Assembly (NCBI GenBank): GCA_963668675.2
Contig: CAXXMB010000002.1
Coordinates: 2,656,001 to 2,720,000 of the forward strand
DNA: 64,000 nt
Source of the DNA: an uncultured Desulfatitalea sp.
GTDB lineage: Bacteria; Desulfobacterota; Desulfobacteria; Desulfobacterales; Desulfosarcinaceae
Reading direction: 5' to 3'
The notes under the pieces were generated by a model. That model made no database searches and was not told where the DNA came from. It saw only the letters and a program-made list of their open reading frames with translations. A program made the position numbers and the translations under genes. Shown in pieces: positions 20,832 through 29,625 of the stretch (positions are counted from its first letter, which is position 1; each line of letters begins with the position of its first letter).

Positions 20832-22922
20832 ATGGAATTGATCCGACGGGCCTTGGACCAAGGCCGAACGGTGCTGTCTGAATTGGAGTCCAAACGGATT
20901 CTGGCCCATTATGGTATCCTGGTTACGCAGGAGATTCTTGTCCGAAGCGCCGACCGGGCCGCCGAGGCCGCTGATGAAATCGGCTATCCTTTGGTGCTCA
21001 AAGGGTGTTCGCCCGAGGTCGCTCACAAAACCGAAAAGGGACTGATCGAAACCGATATCCGAACCCGGAAGGAGGCCGCCAAGGCATACGGTCGGATTAT
21101 TTCCCGTTCTCCCGGCCTGGAAAGCGTTCTGGTTCAGGAGATGGTCAAGGGGAAACGCGAACTGGTGGTGGGCATGACCCGCGATCCCCAGTTCGGTCCC
21201 AGCGTGATGTTCGGACTGGGTGGGATTTTTACCGAAGTTCTCCGGGACGTCGTGTTTCGCGTGGCCCCGCTTGAAAAGGCCGATTGCTTGGAAATGATGA
21301 GCGATATCAAGGGTCGCAAAATTCTGGACCGGGTCCGGGGTATGGAGCCGGCGGCCAGGGACGCCTTGGCTGAAATCCTGATACAGGTCGGGCGCATCGG
21401 CCTGGAAAACGAAGCGGTCAAGGAGATCGACATCAATCCGGTCATCCTGGACGGCTCGCGCCCGGTGGCCGTTGACGCCTTGATTATACTCGACAAAGGC
21501 GTGAAGGCGGCGGGGCGCGGGATGAGCGTGAACGATGTGGTGATTTCCGGTCTGGATTCGCTGTTCAATCCCGATTCAACGGCCCTGGTGGGCCTGCCCC
21601 AGGGCATGAAGACGGGAAAACTGTTCTTGGTGGCCATGAGGGACATGGGATACGCCGGCAAACTATACGGCGTGAACCCAAAGGCCTCCGAAATCGACGG
21701 CGTGCCGTGCTATCAGACCATATCCGACGTGCCGGGCCCCATTGATCTGGCTATCGTTCTGGTGCCCACCGGGATGTTATGGGACGTAGCCCGGGAGTGC
21801 GCGGACAAGGGCGTCAAGGGAGCGGTTTTGTTTACCGCCGGGGGCAAGGAACTGGGCACGGAAGAGGGCCGCTTGCTGGAAACCGACCTGGCCGGGCTGG
21901 CCGCATCTTCGGGCATGCGCATTTTCGGACCCAACTGCATGGGATTGTATTCGTCAGAATCGGGCATCAGTTTTTTCCCCGGCCTTTCCAAAAAGCCAGG
22001 TTCCGTGGGCCTGATATCCCACAGCGGATCGTTGGCCAATATCATCGGGCGGATGCATGAAGAGACCGGCATCACCTTCAGCAAAATGGCCAGCCTGGGC
22101 AACGAATGCGACGTGAACGCCAGCCACATGCTGGCCTATTTGGGTCGGGATGACCGGACCCGCGTGATCGGCATGTACATCGAAAACATCAAGGACGGCC
22201 GGCTGTTCCTGGATGCGCTCAAATCGACCTCCCTGAAAAAACCGGTGCTGTTGTGGAAACAGGGGCTGACAAAGGAGGGCGGCCGTGCAGCGTCCTCCCA
22301 CACCGGCGCCCTGGCCGGGTCCAGGGAAATCTGGGAAGGCGTGGTCCGTCAAGGCGGCGGCATTCCGGTCTTCGGCTGGGAGGAATGGGTGGATTCGCTC
22401 ATGACCTTTTCCATGTTGCCCGGCGGCGATTTGGGCAACCGGTTGGCCATTATTTCCGGTCCGGGAGGGCTTTGCGTCTCCATGGCCGAAGCCTGCGGCC
22501 GGGCCGGTCTGGCCCTGGCCGAACTGAATGAAGACACCCAGGCGGCTTTGGCGCGGTTCATTCCGCCCACCGGCACCAGCCTGAGAAACCCCGTGGACGT
22601 GAGCTTGACCGCCTCGATGGTCATCGACATGTACATCGACGCCGCGCGTATCGTGACCGCCGATCCGGGCGTGGACGCGTTGATGATCGCCGGGATCGGC
22701 TTGAGTCCCGAAGATAACCGGAAATACACCGCTGGAATGATCGACGTCCAAAGAGAAGCAGGCAAACCGTTTCTGATGGTGGATATTCCGGGCCTCGACC
22801 CGGCCCATGCCCTGGAATTCCGGGCGGCGGGAATTCCGTTTTATATGTCCGGCGAACGGGCCGCCGAAGCGTATGCCAAGGTGATTCGATATCGCGCCTG
22901 GCGGGACAATCACACCTCCTGA
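20832..22922 (+). CDS. ADP-forming acetate/acyl-CoA ligase, beta(ATP-grasp)-alpha fusion
   Basis: N-terminal LSELESK..GYPLVLK..HKTE..DPQFGP..EIDINP, then CoA-binding GPNCMG, SHSG, SHTGALAG, NPVD. Confidence 0.9.
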   Translation: MELIRRALDQGRTVLSELESKRILAHYGILVTQEILVRSADRAAEAADEIGYPLVLKGCSPEVAHKTEKGLIETDIRTRKEAAKAYGRIISRSPGLESVLVQEMVKGKRELVVGMTRDPQFGPSVMFGLGGIFTEVLRDVVFRVAPLEKADCLEMMSDIKGRKILDRVRGMEPAARDALAEILIQVGRIGLENEAVKEIDINPVILDGSRPVAVDALIILDKGVKAAGRGMSVNDVVISGLDSLFNPDSTALVGLPQGMKTGKLFLVAMRDMGYAGKLYGVNPKASEIDGVPCYQTISDVPGPIDLAIVLVPTGMLWDVARECADKGVKGAVLFTAGGKELGTEEGRLLETDLAGLAASSGMRIFGPNCMGLYSSESGISFFPGLSKKPGSVGLISHSGSLANIIGRMHEETGITFSKMASLGNECDVNASHMLAYLGRDDRTRVIGMYIENIKDGRLFLDALKSTSLKKPVLLWKQGLTKEGGRAASSHTGALAGSREIWEGVVRQGGGIPVFGWEEWVDSLMTFSMLPGGDLGNRLAIISGPGGLCVSMAEACGRAGLALAELNEDTQAALARFIPPTGTSLRNPVDVSLTASMVIDMYIDAARIVTADPGVDALMIAGIGLSPEDNRKYTAGMIDVQREAGKPFLMVDIPGLDPAHALEFRAAGIPFYMSGERAAEAYAKVIRYRAWRDNHTS

Positions 22923-22957
22923 CCAGCGTTCTCGGTATAAGCTCAATGCAACAAGCA

Positions 22958-23047
22958 GCTTAGCAAGGCGTTGCACCGGCACCGCAGCGCAGATGGTATG
23001 TCTTCTTGCGAGGCCGTTCGGCAGCCTGGTGAAAGCGGGCGTTAGCC
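22958..23047 (+). mobile_element. Degenerate attC-like integron recombination site
   Basis: GCTTAGC-AAGGCGTTGCACCGG...CTGGTGAAAGCGGGC-GTTAGCC; 90 bp; imperfect inverse core, unpaired G in the L box, intact GTTRRRY-like end. Confidence 0.55.
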
Positions 23048-23068
23048 TGCATTACTGTGGAGATATTA

Positions 23069-23311
23069 ATGGTCAAAAGGCTATTTGTTTATGGCACGTT
23101 AGCCCCAGGAAGGCCAAACGAACTGTATTCATATCGAAGAATCTTGCTGAGCAATAGACCGAACTCGATGGCTTTGAAGTCGAGGGCTATGAGTGTGTTG
23201 CTGACCACGGTAAAGCTAAAGGACGGCAGTGCCATAGACGCCTACATCTACCAGGTCAGAAATAGTGAGCCACTTCGTTTCAAGAGAGCTGTTTTACAAG
23301 TGAGCCGTTAG
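23069..23311 (+). pseudogene. Gamma-glutamylcyclotransferase (AIG2-like) pseudogene
   Basis: Starts RLFVYGTLAPGRPNE; the expected middle is missing; a shifted frame reads VFISKNLAEQ*TELDGFEVEGYECV; returns to frame with LTTVKLKDGSAIDAYIY. Confidence 0.8.
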
Positions 23312-23963
23312 AGAAAGTCAGGGTATAGATTAACTTTTGGTCTGATATTGCCCAAATATATTGCTTCCAGGATAGCGGATGGTGTTTTCCGTGCCGCGGA
23401 AGCGTATTTGTCATGGTTTTGTGCTTGTGAAGAACAAATTACTTACACCAACATGGCCCACTGCTTGAACTCTGCTGTAATTTTTTTCCGCACTGCAGAT
23501 AATCCCGCCGATGAGCACATTGACGGTGGGCACGTCGTCGATCCTTCCGCGCGTCCTAACGGCGTTTATGATGCCTGATATTGTCCTCCTGGCGCTGCTG
23601 ATCTCTTTTCCGTCGATCACACCATGGCTTCAGAGCAATATGTGAATACCTCAGTTTTCAGAGGCTTGCTCCGGCGAGTCCAAAGGGTGGCCCGTTTTAT
23701 CCGGCAGCCAAGTGCGTTGCGGTCCTATCGTTGAAGTTGCAGGCCCCTGGCCTGACCCCTTGACCTCAGCCGATGGATCGGTTAGATATAACCGAAGAAG
23801 TAGGCAGTTACCCCCTTATATTGCCACCGTACCGCAGATCGACTCAAACCGCTGTCCTTCGGCGATGTTGCATCATGACCCTTCATGATGCTGTGGAACG
23901 TCTGCGGTTGTTCTGTGAGTCAACCTTTTTCCGTTTATGTGTTTGACCAAGAGATACCAGGCC

Positions 23964-24827
23964 ATGCATGAGTCCACGAACGCGTATGCACTTCTATTTT
24001 CAGGGGAATTCGCTTCAGCAGCGATGGAGTCGGCTTTTCTTAACGCCAATTGGCAATCCATCAAAAAAATGACGCAGTGCACGCTGCTGGTCATCGCTGT
24101 GATGGGCATGGCCTTTTTCGCCGCTGACGTTCTGGCAGAGGAAAAGGGCAGCACGCTTGCTCTGCTTTTTACCGTAAGGTTGATTGCCACGGGTACGATC
24201 GCACTTGCAGCCTTGCATATCGGCCGTCTGTCATCTTACACGGCACGCTATCGAATACTTCAATTCTTCATCCAATTGCTCATTCCCATCGCTATCTTTT
24301 GGGTGGCTTTCTACAGAGGATTGCCGGCCGTCTATGTGGGAGTGGACGCCATTCTTTTCACGCTGGTCTATTATCAATTTGTAAGCAACAGCTTCAAATT
24401 GACCATAGCAGCGTCGGTTTTTTTCGGCCTGAGTGCAATTGCTTTCTCCGTCCTCTTTCTGGAATTCAAAACGCTGGAGATAGTCGGTGCCTTCCTCTTT
24501 CTAATTCCACTCAACTATCTTGGCATTATGACACTGCGATCGAACAATCGTGCGAAACGACGAGAGTATGCGGCCCTGAAAGAGTCGGAGCGTCATGATG
24601 ACGAAAAAGAGAAGTTGATTGGAGATCTGCAGGCGGCTCTTTCAGAAGTAAAGACACTCCAGGGGTTTATTCCCATTTGCTCAAAGTGTAAGAAGATACG
24701 TGATGATGAGGGCTTTTGGGAGAAGATAGAAAACTACATTCAAGACCGCACCGATGCCAAATTCAGTCACAGCCTTTGTCCCAATTGCGCTAAGGATCTC
24801 TACGGGAAATTTATCGAGAAAGCATAA
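23964..24827 (+). CDS. Polytopic membrane protein with C-terminal CxxC...CxxC domain
   Basis: About 6 hydrophobic helices, coiled coil, then IPICSKCKKIRDDEGFW..FSHSLCPNC; alternative start 23937. Confidence 0.8.
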   Translation: MHESTNAYALLFSGEFASAAMESAFLNANWQSIKKMTQCTLLVIAVMGMAFFAADVLAEEKGSTLALLFTVRLIATGTIALAALHIGRLSSYTARYRILQFFIQLLIPIAIFWVAFYRGLPAVYVGVDAILFTLVYYQFVSNSFKLTIAASVFFGLSAIAFSVLFLEFKTLEIVGAFLFLIPLNYLGIMTLRSNNRAKRREYAALKESERHDDEKEKLIGDLQAALSEVKTLQGFIPICSKCKKIRDDEGFWEKIENYIQDRTDAKFSHSLCPNCAKDLYGKFIEKA

Positions 24828-25409
24828 ACCGGGTGGCCGAAACTGGACGGTGAGCCCCTATCTTTTTCAAGGTGGAGCGAAGGCCAGAGGCTTATTTTGT
24901 GCACATCGGCGTATGCTTTAATAGCGGGAGACACCTCATTTTTTCTTTCTACCAACTGATAATATTGACGATTTAAAATCCAACGCCATATAATCCAGTA
25001 AACGTGACCGGGTTGCTGTTTTGATCAACCGCCGTCGAGGTCGAACGGTGCTGTTAAATGGTTCGAACTCGCCTGTCAATTTCTTGTTGGCGCGGCAGTA
25101 CCATGGTATCACCAAGACGCCATTGGTTACTTTTGTGAGCCGGATATGGATGACGACTGCCTTGGATCTGATCTGATCTGTCTTTTTGGCCGCCCGCATA
25201 TGGCAACGAACGTGGTTTTGCGTGCGGCGCCTCTGACCTTTTCTTCACCATCCACTTTTTTACGTCATTCTGTAAATAACATATAAAAACAATTAGGTAT
25301 GGCATTTCAGCACTTCCCGCTGAGCGGTTTGGCCGGGGTGCTTTTTTTGCATGTCCAGAGGTGGCAGTTCTGTCCAATTTTATTTAATCCCAAATTTGGA
25401 GGTATCACC

Positions 25410-26585
25410 ATGTCGATTCAATTGAAGGTCGCACAATCAACAGTGGAGAAGGCAAATGTGTATCAACTTCGCTACAAGGTGTTCATTGAGGAGGAGCGAC
25501 GTTTCGATCTGTCGACGGAGCATATTTACGATCGCTTCGACAGTTTCAATGAAACGAGTAACTTTCTCGCCTACAGCGACAATGTGCCCGTTGCCGGCAT
25601 TCGCCTGGTACTGGATAACCCCGTGGGGTTGCCCGCCGAGGAGGCATTCGATTTCGGACCGCTGCGCAGATCACTCTCCGGCGGGTGTGCCACTGTCGGC
25701 TGGTTTTGTATTCGCAAGCAGTTTCGGCGTCACCCCGGCCTTGTGGTGTCGCTGATTCAGATGTGCTTCCGGAAGATGCGCCAGCATGGCGCCCGTCATG
25801 TGCTGGCTGTCATGCATCCGCCGGCGCTGCCGCTGCTCTCCCGGCTGGTGGGGGCCAGACCTCTGGGGCCCGAAATCGAAGACCATGCCCTGGGCGTGGG
25901 GATCGTTCCGGTGCATGTCGATCTGGAAGAGCTGCCATCGGGCAGCCGGGAGCGATTTATGGATCCGGATGAACATCTCTTCGAAGACTCTGCGGAGCGC
26001 TGTCTGTTCAGAAGAAATGAGACGATCGTTGCCCATGGCGATGAAGACGAACATGTCTATCAGATCATGCGGGGGGTAGTGCGTGCCCAGGATCCGGAGG
26101 TGTTTGAAGGTAAAGTTGGTGAAGAATTAAAAATGTCTCCGGGGCTGCTGCTGGGGCCGGGACAGGTCTTCGGGGAGCTGTCCGCCCTCGATGGAGGCGC
26201 CAGCTCTCAGACCATGATAGCCCATTCCGAAGATGTCGATGTGATGGTGTGGCCGCGCAAGTCGTTTATGGATCAGATGTACGGATCGCCCGAGCGGATG
26301 ATGCAACTCTGCAAGGTGATGGCCCGAAAAGTACGAAATACGTTCGAGGTGCCGGAGAGAGATCCCTCCACGGCCCTTGCCGCCCGCCTGTTGGTGGGGG
26401 CCTCGGGTCAGGGACGCCGACCAGTGGATGCGCGCTGGCTGGCGGGGCAGTGCGGCCTGGACCGGAAGAGCCTCACCCGCGTCGTCATGCCCTGGGAAGA
26501 AGATCATATGATCGAGGCCGACGAGAAGCATAAGAGCATCTGGGTGATCGACGGTGGCAGGCTGGCCAGGGAAGCCAGGTTATAA
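25410..26585 (+). CDS. N-acyl amino acid synthase/LuxI-like GNAT acyltransferase fused to cNMP-binding and Crp-type HTH domains
   Basis: YQLRYKVF..DRFD..AGIRLV N-terminus; VYQIMRGVV..LLGPGQVFGELSAL cNMP fold; LAGQCGLDRKSLTRV..IWVIDGGRL tail; GGAGG RBS. Confidence 0.8.
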   Translation: MSIQLKVAQSTVEKANVYQLRYKVFIEEERRFDLSTEHIYDRFDSFNETSNFLAYSDNVPVAGIRLVLDNPVGLPAEEAFDFGPLRRSLSGGCATVGWFCIRKQFRRHPGLVVSLIQMCFRKMRQHGARHVLAVMHPPALPLLSRLVGARPLGPEIEDHALGVGIVPVHVDLEELPSGSRERFMDPDEHLFEDSAERCLFRRNETIVAHGDEDEHVYQIMRGVVRAQDPEVFEGKVGEELKMSPGLLLGPGQVFGELSALDGGASSQTMIAHSEDVDVMVWPRKSFMDQMYGSPERMMQLCKVMARKVRNTFEVPERDPSTALAARLLVGASGQGRRPVDARWLAGQCGLDRKSLTRVVMPWEEDHMIEADEKHKSIWVIDGGRLAREARL

Positions 26586-26613
26586 ACGCTTATGATAAAG
26601 ACAGGAGATAGAG

Positions 26614-28716
26614 ATGCAAACGATACAATCCAATCGGCAGGTCAAGCAGTGGCCTGGCGAGAATAAATACTGTTATTGGGAAGAAGCATTTGATCGCAAC
26701 ATTGGCTTTTTAACAGCCGGCGAACAGGAGCGTCTGCATCATGCCACCGTGGCCATCCCCGGCCTCGGGGGCGCGGGCGGCTCCCATGTGGCGACCATGG
26801 CACGGCTCGGTGTCGGAAGGCTGCATCTGGCCGATTTCGACCGTTTCGATCCGGTGAACATCAACCGGCAGCATGGGGCCCGGGTGAGCACTTTTGGGCG
26901 ACGCAAATCGCGCGTCCTGGCCGAGGAGGCCAGGGCCATCAATCCGTTTGTCGAGTTGAAGGTGTTTGACGAAGGGGTGACCGAGGAGAACATGGACGCG
27001 TTCTTGGATGGCGTGGATGTGGTGATCGACGGCATGGACTTTTTCAATATAGAGATGCGCAGGAAGATTTTCAAGCGGGCATGGGACAAGCATATTCATG
27101 TCATCACGGCCGGCCCCATGGGGTTTGGCAGTGCCTTCATGGTTTTTGCCCCGGATCGGGGCATGACCTTCGACCGCTATTTTGATCTATACGACGAGAT
27201 GAGTATGGATGAGAAGCTGATCGCTTTTTTCGTCGGCCTTGCCCCAAAAGCCGCTCAGAAAAACTATACCGTTCCGGGCAGCATCAGCATGGCTGATCGC
27301 CGTGGCCCTTCGCTGGGCAGTGGATGCCAGCTGTGTGCCGCCGTTGCGGCTGCCGAAGCGGTTCGCATTCTCCTCGGTAAGCCTGGCCTGCGGCCTGCGC
27401 CCCATTACTTCCAATTCGATCCGTTCGCGCGCCGCTTCATCCAGGGGCGCCTCTGGTTTGGCAACCGGGGACCGCTGCAGCGCTTCAAGCGCAGGATACT
27501 TAAATCGAAGTTGGGGACACGGTCCGACTTTTTGCAGGAGGCGCGTCCGAAAGCCGATGGACGGCGATGGCCGGATGACAACGCGCCGGACGGGCAGATG
27601 CACGCTTTTCTGATGCAGGCAGCCATTCGTGCCCCTTCGGGCGACAATTGCCAGCCGTGGCAGTACCTTCGCCAGGACAACAAAATACACTTCATGGTGG
27701 ATCCATCTGTGGACCGATCCTTTTTTAATGTCTCCCAGGTGGCATCGTTGATCAGTTGCGGCGCCGCTATAGAGAACCTCGTTCTGGCGGCCAGCCGTTT
27801 TGATAGAGGCGCTCGGGTGGAGATCGTCGGAACGGATGCAGCGCCTCACGTCAGCATTGAGCTGTCCGACAAAAAAGTTGCCGAGGATCCCCTCCAGCGA
27901 TTTGTCTGGGAGCGCCACACCAATCGAACGATGTATGATCGTTCGCCGCTCGACCCTGACGATGGTTTGAAGATTCGCTCATCCATCAAGGCGTTTCCCG
28001 ATGCCAAACTGCTTCTTTTGACCGAGCCGGACCAGATCGAGGAGGCTGGCCGACTGGTCGCCCGAATCGATCGCATCCGGGCCGAGCATCAGGGGTTGCA
28101 CAAGCACCTGATGCGCATGATTCGTTTTACCACCCAAGAGGCAATGGAGAAGAGAGACGGTTTCTCTCTGAAGAATTTGGAGGCGGGCACGGCCGGCGAA
28201 TGGTTCCTTCGCCTGACGCGTCCATGGCCGGTAATGAATGCACTCAACCATATAGGAATGGGCAAGATGGTTTCCAAGATAACCTATCAGGGCATCCGCT
28301 CCTCTTCGGCGGTTGGATTGCTCAAGGTGCCGAGCTGGCGTCCCGCGGACATGATCACAGGCGGACGCGCCCTGGAGCGGATCTGGCTGACGGTTGCGAG
28401 CCTTGGTTTGGCGTTTCAACCCATGACCGCGGCCACCCTCTTCTGGCTTCGCTGGCAGATGGGCGGGCAGGATGACTTCAGCCCCGTGCATCGGAAACTG
28501 TTAACCGAAGTGTGGCCCCATTACCGTCGCCTTTTGGGTGTGCAGAGTGAATCGGAGGGGCATGTGATGCTTTTTCGGGTCGGAAGAGGCCGCCCGGTCA
28601 GTTGCCGTACGTTGAGGAAGCCGGTGGATGCGTTCAGGCTGCCGCTGCCGGATGGTGTGTGGCGAAGCGGTGAAGGTAAAGAGGAGGCACCGCTGCCGAT
28701 GCGCAAGGCAGGATAG
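26614..28716 (+). CDS. ThiF adenylyltransferase-nitroreductase di-domain enzyme (OxzB/MoeY-like)
   Basis: GLGGAGG, ADFDRFDPVNINRQ, VIDGMD; then AAIRAPSGDNCQPW, RHTNR, GGRALERIWL..GLAFQPM. Confidence 0.88.
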   Translation: MQTIQSNRQVKQWPGENKYCYWEEAFDRNIGFLTAGEQERLHHATVAIPGLGGAGGSHVATMARLGVGRLHLADFDRFDPVNINRQHGARVSTFGRRKSRVLAEEARAINPFVELKVFDEGVTEENMDAFLDGVDVVIDGMDFFNIEMRRKIFKRAWDKHIHVITAGPMGFGSAFMVFAPDRGMTFDRYFDLYDEMSMDEKLIAFFVGLAPKAAQKNYTVPGSISMADRRGPSLGSGCQLCAAVAAAEAVRILLGKPGLRPAPHYFQFDPFARRFIQGRLWFGNRGPLQRFKRRILKSKLGTRSDFLQEARPKADGRRWPDDNAPDGQMHAFLMQAAIRAPSGDNCQPWQYLRQDNKIHFMVDPSVDRSFFNVSQVASLISCGAAIENLVLAASRFDRGARVEIVGTDAAPHVSIELSDKKVAEDPLQRFVWERHTNRTMYDRSPLDPDDGLKIRSSIKAFPDAKLLLLTEPDQIEEAGRLVARIDRIRAEHQGLHKHLMRMIRFTTQEAMEKRDGFSLKNLEAGTAGEWFLRLTRPWPVMNALNHIGMGKMVSKITYQGIRSSSAVGLLKVPSWRPADMITGGRALERIWLTVASLGLAFQPMTAATLFWLRWQMGGQDDFSPVHRKLLTEVWPHYRRLLGVQSESEGHVMLFRVGRGRPVSCRTLRKPVDAFRLPLPDGVWRSGEGKEEAPLPMRKAG

Positions 28717-28760
28717 GCATTCGGCAAAGAGCTGTCTCCGGCAAAGGAGATGTGAATCCA

Positions 28761-28805
28761 AAGCGCCGGTGCAGGGGCATGTGCTGCTCTGCACCGGCGC
28801 TGTTT
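28761..28805 (+). terminator. Stem-loop after the ThiF-nitroreductase gene (probable terminator)
   Basis: AGCGCCGGTGCAG...CTGCACCGGCGCT followed by GTTT. Confidence 0.65.
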
Positions 28806-29143
28806 ATGGCGGCATCGTGTTCGACATTGCCGATCATAAGTCGTCATCATTTTTTCAATTTGATTTTCCCACAGCTATCCATTATGGTGTCCGACAGGCT
28901 TTCAAATGTGCCGGTACAAGGCTTCGCCGGCGCAGGATGTAAATTCCGGTTCCAATTAGCAGTGCGCCTTTTCCGCTTCCGGTATCCTGATAAATCTCCT
29001 GTTCGACATGTGCGGCGCAAAACTGTCTGCCTCTCAGATAGGGGGGGCATCACGTATTGTTTTTGTTCCACATGACCTGGTTGGCCGGCGCGGCAGCCTG
29101 TGGTCGGACAACGTTGCTTGAGTTGAATTAGCAGGAGTTTCCA

Positions 29144-29452
29144 ATGGGCGCAAAGATGATGTTCGGTGAAAGACGATTGCATGAGCGTAAAACCTGCACC
29201 TTTTCGGTCGACATTAACGACTACACCAAAATCTACAGTTGCCACCTGAGGGATTTGAGCCTCGGCGGCGCGCTGGTGGAGCACCCCGAAACATTCAAAC
29301 CCAAGCTGGGCCAGGAATTGCTTCTGACCATTCCCTACAGGAAAAGAATGGGATACGTAATGGTCAAGGGCGAGATTATCAGGGCCAGGTTCGGCAGATT
29401 GGCGATTGCTTTTCAAAAACAGGAAAGAGCGTCATATTACAAGTCCATCTGA
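29144..29452 (+). CDS. Stand-alone PilZ domain protein
   Basis: RxxxR (RRLHER) and DxSxxG (DLSLGG) motifs; AGGAG RBS. Confidence 0.88.
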   Translation: MGAKMMFGERRLHERKTCTFSVDINDYTKIYSCHLRDLSLGGALVEHPETFKPKLGQELLLTIPYRKRMGYVMVKGEIIRARFGRLAIAFQKQERASYYKSI

Positions 29453-29478
29453 TGCCCCCCTCACCCCTTTAGAACGAT

Positions 29479-29517
29479 CTTTACCCAATCTTTACATGCG
29501 CTTTATGGCGCCTTTGA
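29479..29517. promoter_or_regulatory. Four CTTTA-like direct repeats with 11-bp period upstream of msrAB
   Basis: CTTTAC (29479), CTTTAC (29490), CTTTAT (29501), CTTTGA (29512). Confidence 0.55.
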
Positions 29518-29625
29518 TTACTTGCCTTATAGTGGGTCAGGTTTGAATCACTTCCATGGCGGGCCTTGCGGCACCACATGACGCCTGAGAGGCCGCCCAA
29601 CCTGGAGCGATAAGGGAGGTAATCC

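Noticed and set aside
23348..23620. Overlapping small ORFs after the GGCT pseudogene as further cassettes
   Set aside because: No recognisable product and only isolated core heptamers, with no complete second attC.
26614..28716. ThiF enzyme as a RiPP (microcin C or azole) maturase for the six-Cys peptide
   Set aside because: No adjacent precursor, RRE or YcaO; the peptide is over 2 kb away on the opposite strand, and the acyltransferase partner fits oxazolone chemistry better.
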